Assembly: GCA_030693565.1 (NCBI GenBank)
Contig: JAUYAJ010000531.1
Coordinates: 1-40,584 of the forward strand
Length of the DNA: 40,584 bases
Reading direction: 5' to 3'
DNA from: Rubrivivax sp.
Lineage (GTDB): Bacteria; Pseudomonadota; Gammaproteobacteria; Burkholderiales; Burkholderiaceae_C
Part shown: positions 20,092 to 29,365 of the stretch, one piece after another
How positions within the stretch are numbered: position 1 is the first letter of the stretch
Layout of the letters: the number at the start of each line of letters is the position of its first letter
Notes under the pieces: model-generated
What the model was told of the DNA's origin: nothing
The model's database searches: none
The model's input: the letters and a program-made list of their open reading frames with translations, nothing else
Program-made: the position numbers and the translations under genes

Positions 20092-20708
20092 CCGCCCCAT
20101 TGATTCACCTCGTCGACGACGACGCCGCCGTGCGCCGCGGCCTGGCCTTGTTGATCGGCAGCGTCGGCTTGTCGGTGGCCGAATGGCCGCAGCCGCAGGC
20201 TTTCCTCGACGGCTTCGACCGCGAGGCGGTCGGCGCCATCGTGCTCGATGTGCGCATGCCCGGCACCAGCGGCCTGACGGTGCTCGACCAGTTGGTGGCG
20301 CAAGGCGTCGACCAGCCGGTGGTCATGCTGACCGGCCATGGCACGGTGGAGATGTGCCGGCGCGCCTTCAAGTCCGGCGCCGCGGAGTTCCTGGAAAAGC
20401 CGGTCGACGACGAGCGCCTGATCGAGGCGCTGCACCAAGCGGTGCGCCAGCATGTGCGCTCGCGCGAGCGCCTGGCGGCCGACCTGGCAACGCGCGCGCG
20501 CTATGCGCGCTTGTCGGAGCGCGAGCGCGAAGTGCTGGCCCTGGTCATCGAAGGGCAGACGGCCAAGGAGATTGCGCGGGTGCTCGGCGTTTCGCCGCGC
20601 ACGGTCGAGACGCACCGCGCCAACCTCGGCGCCAAGCTCGAGACGACGTCGCTGGCGCAGCTGATCCGGCGCTTCGCGGCACTGGTCGGCGAGTCAGGCG
20701 CTGCGTAG
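20088..20708 (+). CDS. FixJ/LuxR-family response regulator
   Basis: LVDDD, LDVRMPG, LTGHG, FLEKP, LSEREREVL...SPRTVETHR; overlaps the kinase stop. Confidence 0.93.
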   Translation: MTAPLIHLVDDDAAVRRGLALLIGSVGLSVAEWPQPQAFLDGFDREAVGAIVLDVRMPGTSGLTVLDQLVAQGVDQPVVMLTGHGTVEMCRRAFKSGAAEFLEKPVDDERLIEALHQAVRQHVRSRERLAADLATRARYARLSEREREVLALVIEGQTAKEIARVLGVSPRTVETHRANLGAKLETTSLAQLIRRFAALVGESGAA

Positions 20709-20730
20709 ATCTACGCAGGCCGCGGCGTAG
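20701..20730. promoter_or_regulatory. Perfect 18-bp palindrome plus an extra half-site; probable regulator operator
   Basis: CTGCGTAGATCTACGCAG (20701-20718); GCGTAG recurs 22 bp downstream (20725). Confidence 0.6.
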
Positions 20731-20809
20731 TCGTGCGAATGGCGGGCGCGGCGCGCGATTCCTACAGTGGCGTCACGGTCGAGATGCGGCCGGGCCTCCA
20801 AGGACAACG

Positions 20810-21307
20810 ATGATGAAGACGACGCTGAAACTGACCACCCTCGCCCTGCTCGCCAGTGCGGCCACACTCACGCTGGCCGGCGGCGCGCGCAGCGAAAAGT
20901 TCATGACGCTGACGCTGGCCAACCAGCTCGCTGCGGCTGCCGTGTCGGCCTGCCAGGCCAGTGGCTACGCCGTGACCGCGACCGTGGTCGACCGCGCCGG
21001 CGGCATCCGCGCCCTGCACCGCGCCGACAACGCCGGCCCGCACACCATCGCTGCGAGCGAGCGCAAGGCCTTCACATCCGCCTCGGCGAAGAACGCCACC
21101 ACGGCGATGATGGAGACCGCGCAGAAGAACCCCGGCGCGGCCAACCTGGTGCACATCCCCGGTTTCCTGCTGCTGGGCGGGGGCATGCCGGTGAAAGCGG
21201 GCAACGAGGTCATCGGCGCGATCGGTGTCGGCGGCGCGCCGGGCGGCCATCTGGACGATCAGTGCGTGGTGGCCGCGCTGGAGTCGGTCAAGGAGCAGCT
21301 CAAGTGA
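20810..21307 (+). CDS. Exported GlcG/HbpS-family heme-binding protein
   Basis: Signal peptide; TVVDRAG, RADNAGPHT, RKAFTS, LGGGMPV, IGAIGVGGAPGGHLD. Confidence 0.9.
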   Translation: MMKTTLKLTTLALLASAATLTLAGGARSEKFMTLTLANQLAAAAVSACQASGYAVTATVVDRAGGIRALHRADNAGPHTIAASERKAFTSASAKNATTAMMETAQKNPGAANLVHIPGFLLLGGGMPVKAGNEVIGAIGVGGAPGGHLDDQCVVAALESVKEQLK

Positions 21308-21975
21308 AGCGGCTGCTTGCCGTGGGGCTGGCCCTGGTCAACGGCCTGGCCGCGGCCCAGGTCGGCCCGACCGCCGCGGAGGCGGCCGCCTACAGCGGAC
21401 TGCACGCCGCCGCCTGGCGCGGCAACGCCGCGGCGGTCGCGGGTGTTGACCGCGCCGCCGTCAACGCGCGTGACAGCCAGGGCCGCACGCCGCTGCATGT
21501 GGCCACCTTCGCGCGCAAGGATGACGTGATCCGGGCCCTGGCACGGGCCGGGGCTGACCTTGGCGCGCTGGAGAACGACCGCTACGACGCCGTCACCATC
21601 GCCGCCGTGGCCGACGACGAAGCCACGCTGGCGGTGCTGCTGGAACGGGGCGCCAGCGCCAGGCTGACCACCAGCCGCTACGACGGCACGGCATTGATCG
21701 CCGCCGCCCACCTCGGCCACGACGGCGTGGTGCGGCAACTCATCCAGGCCGGCGCGCCGCTCGACCATGTCAACAACCTGCACTGGACGGCGCTGATCGA
21801 GGCCGTGGTGCTGGGCGACGGCGGCCCGCGCCACCAGCGCGTCGTGCAGGACTTGCTCAAGGCCGGTGCGAACACGCAACTCGCCGACCGCGACGGCCGC
21901 ACGCCGCTGGCGCTGGCGCGTTCGCGCGGCTACGTGGCGATGGTGCGGCTGCTCGAGGCGGCCGGTGCGCGCTGA
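21304..21975 (+). CDS. Exported ankyrin-repeat protein (YahD-like)
   Basis: GTG start overlapping the upstream TGA; signal peptide; GRTPLH, GTALIAA, NNLHWTALIEAVVLGDGG, GRTPLALA. Confidence 0.88.
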   Translation: MKRLLAVGLALVNGLAAAQVGPTAAEAAAYSGLHAAAWRGNAAAVAGVDRAAVNARDSQGRTPLHVATFARKDDVIRALARAGADLGALENDRYDAVTIAAVADDEATLAVLLERGASARLTTSRYDGTALIAAAHLGHDGVVRQLIQAGAPLDHVNNLHWTALIEAVVLGDGGPRHQRVVQDLLKAGANTQLADRDGRTPLALARSRGYVAMVRLLEAAGAR

Positions 21976-22205
21976 AGGCGGCTTCGCGGAAGTACCGCGC
22001 CCGAAATGCCAGGGCAGGGCGTCGCTGCCGGCCGGCCAGCACAAGAATGGGCAGCGCCGATGTGGCAGCGGCCACCGTCAGAGCGAATACGCGCCAACCG
22101 AACTGGCGGCTCGCCCCGCACAGCAGCACCACTGCGCCACCGCCGCGGCGAGCCCGGCGGGCGGCACACGCCAAGTCTGGATGACCTGCGACTATGCTCG
22201 CGACC

Positions 22206-22793
22206 ATGAATGATCAAATCAGCCAGATTCTGGCTCGCATGGCGGTCCTCGAGGAAGAGCTGAGCAAGGCGGTCCACGAGCAGGAGAGCCGCATGTTCTT
22301 TCAGATCAAGGGCAAGCGGGTGGAGTTCGAGTCGTCGGTCAAGGCCGCGCACACGAAGTTGAAGACGCACTTCTTGCGCTGGCTGGTGACGAACAGGCCG
22401 CAGAACCTGATCACCGGGCCCATCATCTACGGCATGGCGCTGCCGCTGCTCATGCTCGACCTGTGCGTCAGCTTCTACCAGTGGAGCTGCTTTCCGATTT
22501 ACGGCATCGCCAAAGTGCGGCGGGCCGACTACCTGGTGTTCGACCGCCACCAGCTGGGCTATCTGAACTTCATCGAGAAGTTTCACTGCACTTACTGCGA
22601 GTACGGCAACGGGCTCATCGCCTACATGACCGAGATCCTGGCCCGCACGGAAGAGTACTTCTGCCCCATCAAGCACGCCCGCAAGATCCTGGGAACGCAC
22701 GCTCGCTACAAGCGCTTTCTGGCCTACGGCGATGGCAACGCGTATGCCGCGAAAGTGGAGGCGTTCCGGGTCGCTCTGGTCAAGGCGGAGTGA
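22206..22793 (+). CDS. Hypothetical protein with Cys/His motifs
   Basis: Coding-like codon usage; central hydrophobic segment; FHCTYCEYGNG and YFCPIKH. Confidence 0.8.
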   Translation: MNDQISQILARMAVLEEELSKAVHEQESRMFFQIKGKRVEFESSVKAAHTKLKTHFLRWLVTNRPQNLITGPIIYGMALPLLMLDLCVSFYQWSCFPIYGIAKVRRADYLVFDRHQLGYLNFIEKFHCTYCEYGNGLIAYMTEILARTEEYFCPIKHARKILGTHARYKRFLAYGDGNAYAAKVEAFRVALVKAE

Positions 22794-22806
22794 GCGCAGC
22801 CGCTGC

Positions 22807-23364
22807 TCACCAATGGCGCACGCGCCCGGTATCGAGGTGCAGGAACTGGTCGCGCGGGTAGAAACCCACGCCGCCGCCGCGCAGCGACAGTGCCGCGTCG
22901 CGCAGATCCGCCAGCGCGACGCCGGGCAGGCGCACGTCGATCGCGCGACCGTCCATGTGCAGGCTGCGCTTGGCCACGCCGCCGCCACGGGTCCCGCGCA
23001 ATTGCGTGTTGGTGGTGGGGCAGCGGTATCCCGAGATGACCTCGAATGCGCGCGTGCTGCCGAACTCGCGCTGCACGCGGTGCAGCAGGTCGAACACCTT
23101 GGGGTCGATCTCGCCCACGTCACCGCTGTAATGGTCGCGCATGAAACGGTTCAAGGCGCGCAGCGCCACGGCGTCGTACTGCTCGCCGACCGCGTACACG
23201 ACGTCGATGCGCTCACCGGTGTGGGTATGGACCATCGCCAGCCCGCGCGCGCCGGGCACTGCGGCCTGGGCCTGGATGGCTGCCAGCGGCAGGGCGCCGG
23301 CCACCAGCGTGCGCGCGGCGCGGCGCAGGAAAGCGCGGCGGGCGAGTGGAAGTGACGTGCTCAT
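22807..23364 (-). CDS. ycbK: YcbK/DUF882 peptidase M15A family (MepK-like), Tat-exported
   Basis: RRAFL twin-arginine; HTHTGE, ISGYRCP, SLHMDGRAID, GGVGFYP, FLHLDTG. Confidence 0.9.
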   Translation of the reverse strand: MSTSLPLARRAFLRRAARTLVAGALPLAAIQAQAAVPGARGLAMVHTHTGERIDVVYAVGEQYDAVALRALNRFMRDHYSGDVGEIDPKVFDLLHRVQREFGSTRAFEVISGYRCPTTNTQLRGTRGGGVAKRSLHMDGRAIDVRLPGVALADLRDAALSLRGGGVGFYPRDQFLHLDTGRVRHW

Positions 23365-25004
23365 TCGAGTGATTGTCTGGCAATCGGCAGCCGGCGGCGT
23401 AACGCCATGTCAAGGACCCTGTCCATGCCGTAGAGGTCATCGAAGAAGTGGACACGGCCGCTCTTGAACAGGACGGTTCCATAGGCGATCAGGACCGGGA
23501 CGGGCTCGGCCAGCCGCAGCGTCTGGGACCGCCCGGTGCCCATGGCCTGGCGGATGCGATCCTCGGGCCAGTCGGGCATGGCACCCAGGACGAACGTCGC
23601 CAGCGCCACCGGTTCCTCCACACGGATGCAGCCATGGCTGAAGTCGCGCCGATCGCGCGCGAACAGCGCCGTGGCTGGCGTGTGGTGCAGGAAGATGGCG
23701 TCGTGGTTCGGGAACACGAACTTGATGTCGCCCAGCGCGTTGCGTGGCCCGGGCCGCTGGCGGATGCGCAGCTCGCCAGCGAGTACCGCATCCAGGTCGG
23801 CCGGTGAAAGTTCGGACTGCACGCGCCCGTCCCTGGCCACGAACTCGAAGTCCTCGCGTGTGAAGTAGCCCGGGTCGCGCCGCAGCCGCGGCACGATCTC
23901 GTTGCGCGCAATCGACCGCGGCACGTTCCAGTAGGGGCTGAACTCGATGAATCGCATGTCCTCGTCGAACAGCGGCGTGCGCGTGTCCAGGGCCTTGCCG
24001 ACGATGACCTTCATCTCCTGGATCACCGCGATGCGCCCGTCGCGCACCTCGTAGGCGCGCAGCACGAATTCAGGGATGTTGACGACGATCATTCGCGGCC
24101 CCTGCATCAGCGGTGTCCAGCGAAGTCGCTCAAGCGTCAACTCGATCTGCCGCACGCGCGCCGCCGGCGTCACCTTCAGTTGCGCCATCGTGGCAGAGCC
24201 GACCACGCCGTCGACCACCAGGCCGTGGCGCTGCTGGAAGGCCTTGATGGCGTCGACCAGCACGCCTTCGTAGCGCAGCAATGGCATGGCAGGCCCTGCG
24301 TCGGGCGCCAGGTCGCCCAAGGCAAGCAGGCGCTGCGCCAACGGCGCCAGCCCCGCGTAAGCCTGACCCGGATCGAGCTTGCCCACCCGACTCGGGCTGC
24401 CGCCGGGCAGGCTCGGTAGCGGCTCGTGCCACGCGGCGTCGTCCATGGCGCGGTAGCGTGCCAGCACCTCGCGCAGACGCCCGTAGAGCGGCAAGCCAGG
24501 CGCGGCCTCGGCGGCGGCCTCGGGCAGACGGCTTGCTGCCAGTGCCGCGTGCAGCGCGGACCGCGCGTCAAAGGCGTCGCGCCGCGCCGGGCGGAAGTTG
24601 TGGTGGATCTGGCGCGGATCGACGCGGCCGCTGTGCAGGTCGCCCAGGTAGCGCTGCATGGCATCGGTCAGCGCCTGGTCCAGCCGCATGACCCTGGCAG
24701 CCTCCAGCGGCGCGCTGCGCGTTGCCGCGGCGGCGACGGCTTGTCGCAGCGCGTCGGCGTTGTAGTCCCGCGGTTCGAGCCCGTGGCTGGCGGCGGCGCC
24801 CAGCAGTTGCACGGCTTGATGGGCCTGGTCGCCGGGACGCCCGGCTTCGAACCACAAGGGGTCATCGGCGGCCGCCGCGCAGCTGCATGCGAGCCCGATC
24901 CCGAGCGCAGCCGTTCGTGCGTACGCGGTGATCGTGTGCATCAGTCGCATCGCCGCAACCTGATGCGGGCCGGCGCCAGCGGCGAAGGCGACCGGCGCGT
25001 TCAT
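23361..25004 (-). CDS. ycbB: L,D-transpeptidase YcbB/LdtD-like
   Basis: Peptidoglycan-binding domain (AFQQRHGLVVDGVVG), VNIPEF, PYWNVPRSI, NALGDIKF, SHGCIRV. Confidence 0.92.
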   Translation of the reverse strand: MNAPVAFAAGAGPHQVAAMRLMHTITAYARTAALGIGLACSCAAAADDPLWFEAGRPGDQAHQAVQLLGAAASHGLEPRDYNADALRQAVAAAATRSAPLEAARVMRLDQALTDAMQRYLGDLHSGRVDPRQIHHNFRPARRDAFDARSALHAALAASRLPEAAAEAAPGLPLYGRLREVLARYRAMDDAAWHEPLPSLPGGSPSRVGKLDPGQAYAGLAPLAQRLLALGDLAPDAGPAMPLLRYEGVLVDAIKAFQQRHGLVVDGVVGSATMAQLKVTPAARVRQIELTLERLRWTPLMQGPRMIVVNIPEFVLRAYEVRDGRIAVIQEMKVIVGKALDTRTPLFDEDMRFIEFSPYWNVPRSIARNEIVPRLRRDPGYFTREDFEFVARDGRVQSELSPADLDAVLAGELRIRQRPGPRNALGDIKFVFPNHDAIFLHHTPATALFARDRRDFSHGCIRVEEPVALATFVLGAMPDWPEDRIRQAMGTGRSQTLRLAEPVPVLIAYGTVLFKSGRVHFFDDLYGMDRVLDMALRRRLPIARQSLE

Positions 25005-25393
25005 CGTCCCAAGGTCACCGCGAGGTTGAGCCCGGCGATGGCGCAGAACACCAGCACCAGACCGGCCAGCCACACCATGCGCACACGCTGCGTCTCGGCG
25101 CGCCGGATGAGCTCGGTGTTCTGCTCCGCCAGCGCCTTGATCAGCGCCGACGACGCCTGCATCTGCTCGTGCAGTGTGGCGATCTCGGCCTCTGCCGCGG
25201 CCAGCCGTTGCAGCAGCCTGTCGTCGCCCGAGAGGGCGGGCGCACCTTCTTGCGCCGCATCGACGACGGCAGGCGCGCGCTTTCGCCCCACCGTGTCCCA
25301 CAGCCTGCGCGCGCCTTCGGCGACCGCGGGCGCGCTCTTGATCACTTCGCCCCACGGCACCAGCTTGATCACCGTCATCCACCCGAGCGCCAT
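25001..25393 (-). CDS. Hypothetical coiled-coil protein with C-terminal TM anchor
   Basis: LVPWGEVIKSAP N-terminus, heptad region, hydrophobic tail; ATGA overlap with ycbB. Confidence 0.75.
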   Translation of the reverse strand: MALGWMTVIKLVPWGEVIKSAPAVAEGARRLWDTVGRKRAPAVVDAAQEGAPALSGDDRLLQRLAAAEAEIATLHEQMQASSALIKALAEQNTELIRRAETQRVRMVWLAGLVLVFCAIAGLNLAVTLGR

Positions 25394-25717
25394 GTCGCTG
25401 CCTCATCGTTGCGTTAAGTCTTCCGACACCATCCAGCTTAGCCCAGCGCGCGTACCGCGAATCGTGGCAACGCCAGTCCGCCTCGGGCGGCGTCGCAACG
25501 CGCATCGTCAACGCCTTGCGGCCGGCGTTCGGCCCTTGGCGACGCCGAAAAGCCTGCACCGCCATGCTGCGGCCTGAGTGGGCGGACGTCGTGGGCTGAA
25601 ACGAGCTTTGCGGGTCACCGCGCCCGAAGTGCCAGCGGCGGGTGAAGCTCAGGTGCGTGCCATCACAGCTGGCCGACCGCCGCTCGATCCAGGTCGGCGC
25701 GTCGCGCAGGAAACCAG

Positions 25718-25774
25718 CTAGGAGCGTGGGCGGCAGAAGGCGCGGGCGTCGCCTTCTGCCGCCCACACTCCTAG
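25718..25774. mobile_element. 57-bp palindromic MITE/REP-like element, copy 2 (CTAG at both ends)
   Basis: ctaggagcgtgggcggcagaaggcg-cgggcgt-cgccttctgccgcccacactcctag; 25-bp arms with 1 mismatch. Confidence 0.85.
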
Positions 25775-28215
25775 CCCGAGTCGGGGGGTTCGCGCCGCGG
25801 CGCGCGCGGCTTGCGCTGGGTCGCGACCGCGCCGCGTTCCTGGCAGGCGCGGCGATAGGCCTGCAGCGTCTTTTGCGCCTGCCCCAGCACCGTGCCTTCA
25901 GGGTAGCCGCCCGGGCCGAGCTGGCCGAAGCGCGTTTGTGTCAGCAGTTCAATGCCCTCGCTGGCGTGGTCCGCAGTGTAGATGTGGAAGCGCCCAGCGG
26001 CCACCGCTTCCACCACGCGCGGCGCCAGCATCAGGTGCCTTTGATTGCGCCGCGGAATCAGCACCCCCTGCTGGCCGTCGAGTCCGAGCAATTCACAGCT
26101 CTTGAAGAACCCCTCGATCTTTTCATTGATGGCGCCAACAGGAAGGATCTCGCCATGCTGGTTGAGCCCGCCCGTGACGGCGATGCCCTGCCGCACAGGC
26201 AGGCCGGACAGGGCCGAGAGCAAGGCAAAGAACTCGGCGCAGGAGGCCGAGTCGCCTTCGACGCCGCTGTACTCCTGTTCGAACACCACCGCGGCATTGA
26301 GCGCCAGTGGCGCGACATGCGCGAACAGCGCCGCCAGGTAACTCTGCAGGATCAGCACACCCTTGTTGTGGATCGGGCCGGACATCTCGACTTCGCGCCC
26401 GATGTCGAGCAGCCCTTCGTCGCCGGCATGGGTCGACGCCGACACGCGCACCGGAAAGCCAAAGGCGTAATCGCCCAGGTCCATGACCGTCAGACCGTTC
26501 ACCTGACCGGTCTGCGCACCGCTGACCGTCAGCAGGCGAATGCCGTCGGTGATCGACTCCTGCAAGCGCTGCTCGGGGTAATCGTGCCGGTGGGTGCGCG
26601 CGTCGATGGCGGCGCGCACGTCGCTCATCTGGGCCAGCGCCGCGCCGCGCCCGCGCGCCACACCGGCGCTTTCCATCACCAGTGCTTCGGTGTGCGCAAA
26701 GCGGGCGCTCTGACGCGTCTGGTCCTCGGCTTCGCGGTGCGTTTCTTCGATCAGTGCGGCCACGGCAGCGGCCGAGAAGTGCGGCAGGCCCATCTTGGTG
26801 CAGGTATGAGCAACGAAGATCGCCGTGGCGCGACGCGTCTGCGCCGTGGCCATGAAGCGCTCGGCGAAGTCGACCTTGCAACGAAAGCGCCGCGCCAGTT
26901 CGGGGTCGGCTTCCTGCACGGCATAGAAGTCTTCGGCCGTCGCGACAAGGACGATCTTGACCTCGACATCGACCGCCTCGGGCTGCAGCGACACCGCGCT
27001 GACGGGCGCATTGACCATGCCCGGCTCCTCGATCTGCAGCCTGCCGCTGCGCAGGAAGCGGTGCAGCTTTTCGCGCATCAGCGCGTCGACCAAGAGGTCG
27101 CGCAAGTGCAGCATCAAGAACCCGCCGTGGGCCTTGAGCAGGCTGCCGGCCCTGATGCGCGAGAGGTCGGTCAGCAACAGGCCGTCTTCGGACTCGTACT
27201 CGATGCTGCCGAACAGCGAGCGAAACAGCGGGTTGTCGTCGACGATCACCGGCGCGCCTTGCTGGCCGTGGTGGTCCACCACCACGTTGACGCGCAAGCG
27301 CGAGATCAGCGCCAGCAGCGCGACGACGCGCTCCTCGTCCTGATCCAGATCGGATCGAAACAGCTCCAGGTTTTCGAGCATGTAGCTGCGCACCTGATCG
27401 AGGTACTGGCCCAGCTTGACCGCGTCCTTGATCTGCCTGCGCAGCTGGTTGCGCATCTCCTGCAGTTCGTGATCCAGCAAGGGCTGGATGCGCTGGCGCC
27501 GCAGCGCCGTCAGCGCCTTGTTCATGGTGATCTCGCGCGGACGCGCCTTCTCCATGAAGCGGCCGATCTCGGCGCGCAACTCGGCCTCGCCGGCATCGAT
27601 GGCAGCGCGCTGCTCGGCGCTCAGTTTCTGCGCCCTGTCAGGCGTCAGCGGCTGACCCTGGTCATCGCGCTGGGTGAACACCAGGCGCCCCTGCTCGCGC
27701 GTCAGGGCGAAATGGCGGGCGCTGGCGAATTGGCTCAGCGCGATGAAGGCCGCTTCCTCTTCGGCTTTGTGGATCGACGCGATGCGTTCGCAATCGGAGA
27801 CGATGTCCGGTGCCTGCAAGCGCTTGGGAATCTCTGTCTGCAGGGTCTGGGCCAGCTCGGCCATCAGCTGTTTGAGCAGCCGCCCTTCACCTGCAGGCAG
27901 GCGCAGCGCCAGCGGGCGCTCGGGCACGTCGAAGTTGTGCAGGTAGCACAGGTCGGGCGGCACCGGTCGCTTGGCCGCCTCCTGGATCATCATCTCGCGC
28001 ATCAGCGACGTTCGGCCACTGCCGACCTCGCCGAGCACGAACAGGTTGTAGTCGGGCTGCTCCATCTGCAGACCGAAGCGGCCGGCCCGCTCGGCGCGCT
28101 CCTGACCGATCCAGGGCAGCGGCTCCTTCGTCAGCGCGGAGGTGTCGGCAAAACCCAGGGCCTGCGCATCGACATGGAGGCGCAGGTCAGCGGGGGGCAC
28201 GGTGGCAAGGGTCAT
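25771..28215 (-). CDS. Lon protease family protein (LonB/LonC-like AAA + S16 domain)
   Basis: IGQERA, GEVGSGRT, AGSLLKAHGG, GQVNGL, EGDSAS (Ser) and NEKIEGF (Lys) dyad. Confidence 0.92.
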   Translation of the reverse strand: MTLATVPPADLRLHVDAQALGFADTSALTKEPLPWIGQERAERAGRFGLQMEQPDYNLFVLGEVGSGRTSLMREMMIQEAAKRPVPPDLCYLHNFDVPERPLALRLPAGEGRLLKQLMAELAQTLQTEIPKRLQAPDIVSDCERIASIHKAEEEAAFIALSQFASARHFALTREQGRLVFTQRDDQGQPLTPDRAQKLSAEQRAAIDAGEAELRAEIGRFMEKARPREITMNKALTALRRQRIQPLLDHELQEMRNQLRRQIKDAVKLGQYLDQVRSYMLENLELFRSDLDQDEERVVALLALISRLRVNVVVDHHGQQGAPVIVDDNPLFRSLFGSIEYESEDGLLLTDLSRIRAGSLLKAHGGFLMLHLRDLLVDALMREKLHRFLRSGRLQIEEPGMVNAPVSAVSLQPEAVDVEVKIVLVATAEDFYAVQEADPELARRFRCKVDFAERFMATAQTRRATAIFVAHTCTKMGLPHFSAAAVAALIEETHREAEDQTRQSARFAHTEALVMESAGVARGRGAALAQMSDVRAAIDARTHRHDYPEQRLQESITDGIRLLTVSGAQTGQVNGLTVMDLGDYAFGFPVRVSASTHAGDEGLLDIGREVEMSGPIHNKGVLILQSYLAALFAHVAPLALNAAVVFEQEYSGVEGDSASCAEFFALLSALSGLPVRQGIAVTGGLNQHGEILPVGAINEKIEGFFKSCELLGLDGQQGVLIPRRNQRHLMLAPRVVEAVAAGRFHIYTADHASEGIELLTQTRFGQLGPGGYPEGTVLGQAQKTLQAYRRACQERGAVATQRKPRAPRREPPDSG

Positions 28216-28396
28216 GGGCAGGCTCTGGGAATTCGCGTCCCCATTGTGCGGTGCCCGGATGGGCAGGGTGGGGGCCTGCCAGCCGTGACCTGGGCCTGGG
28301 CCGGGAAGTGGCGGGCGCTGCTCAACGCAGCGGCACGACCTCGCCGCAGGCCTTCACCTGCCCGCCGCCGTCAGCCACCGGGTCAGGCGGCGCGCT

Positions 28397-29365
28397 TCAG
28401 TCGACCTGCGCACCCGAGGCCTTGACGATGGGCGCCCAGCGCGCGATGTCGTCCCTGACCATCGCCGCCAGCTGCACCGGCCCGCCGCGCAGAGGCTCGA
28501 CACCGAGCGCGGCGAAGCGCTCGAGTGTGTCGGCGGCGCCGACCGCCGCAGCGACCTCGCTCGCCAAGCGCTCGACGATTGCCGGTGGCGTGCCGGCGAC
28601 CGCGAACAGGCCGACCCACAGCTCGCCGGCGAAACCGGGCACGAGCTCGCCGATCGCCGGCACGTCGGGCAGCGCCGGCGAACGTCGCGGCGAACTCACG
28701 CCCAGCGCGCGCAGCTTGCCGGCCCTCACATGCCCGATGCACGATGGCAGGCTCGCGAAGGCCATCGGGATTTGGCCGCCGAGCACGTCGTTCAACGCCG
28801 GCGCCACGCCCTTGTACGGCACATGCTCGAGCTTGATGCCGGCGGCACGGCTGAGCATCTCACCCAGCAGGTGGTTGAGCGAGCCGTTGCCGGCCGAGGC
28901 GTACATATAGGGCTGCTTTTGCGCCTTTGCGTCGGCGATGAAGGCCTGCAGTGTCGTCGCCGGGAAGCTCGGGTTGACGACCAGAACGTTGGGCACCACG
29001 CCGACCGGGGCGATCGGGTCGAAGTCCTTCACCGGGTCGAAGCCGGTGGTCTTGTACAGCGCCGGGTTGATGGCCTGTGTGCTGCTGATGGTCAGCAGCA
29101 GCGTGTAGCCGTCCTTGGGCGCTTTGGCGGCGATGGCGGTCCCGATGTTGCCGCCGGCGCCGACGCGGTTGTCGACGACGAAGCTCTGGCCCAAACGCTC
29201 GCTGAGTTTCTGCGCCAGGATGCGCCCGACCGCGTCGTTGGTGCCACCCGGTGCCTGCGGTACCAGGATCGTCACCGGCTTGGCCGGCCAGGCCTGCGCA
29301 AAGGCGTTTGGCAGCGCCGCCGCCAGCGTGGCAAGGCAGAAGTCGCGCTTGGTCAGCATCGTCAT
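28397..29365 (-). CDS. Bug/TctC tripartite tricarboxylate transporter substrate-binding protein
   Basis: WPAKPVTILVPQAPGGTND, NRVGAGGNIG, HVPYKG, SGAQVD. Confidence 0.93.
   Translation of the reverse strand: MTMLTKRDFCLATLAAALPNAFAQAWPAKPVTILVPQAPGGTNDAVGRILAQKLSERLGQSFVVDNRVGAGGNIGTAIAAKAPKDGYTLLLTISSTQAINPALYKTTGFDPVKDFDPIAPVGVVPNVLVVNPSFPATTLQAFIADAKAQKQPYMYASAGNGSLNHLLGEMLSRAAGIKLEHVPYKGVAPALNDVLGGQIPMAFASLPSCIGHVRAGKLRALGVSSPRRSPALPDVPAIGELVPGFAGELWVGLFAVAGTPPAIVERLASEVAAAVGAADTLERFAALGVEPLRGGPVQLAAMVRDDIARWAPIVKASGAQVD

Noticed and set aside
21976-22200. Hydrophobic minus-strand stretch (GWRVFALTVAAATSALPILVL) as a membrane-gene remnant
   Set aside because: Too short, no identifiable family, no clear start
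23361-25766. 801-aa version of the L,D-transpeptidase
   Set aside because: The extension overlaps a separate gene and the palindromic element; start at 25004 fits better
25642-28425. 927-aa plus-strand ORF, and similar long ORFs at 8783-10510, 12401-14548, 18451-20100 and 34020-35975
   Set aside because: All lie antisense to well-supported genes and have no recognisable domains
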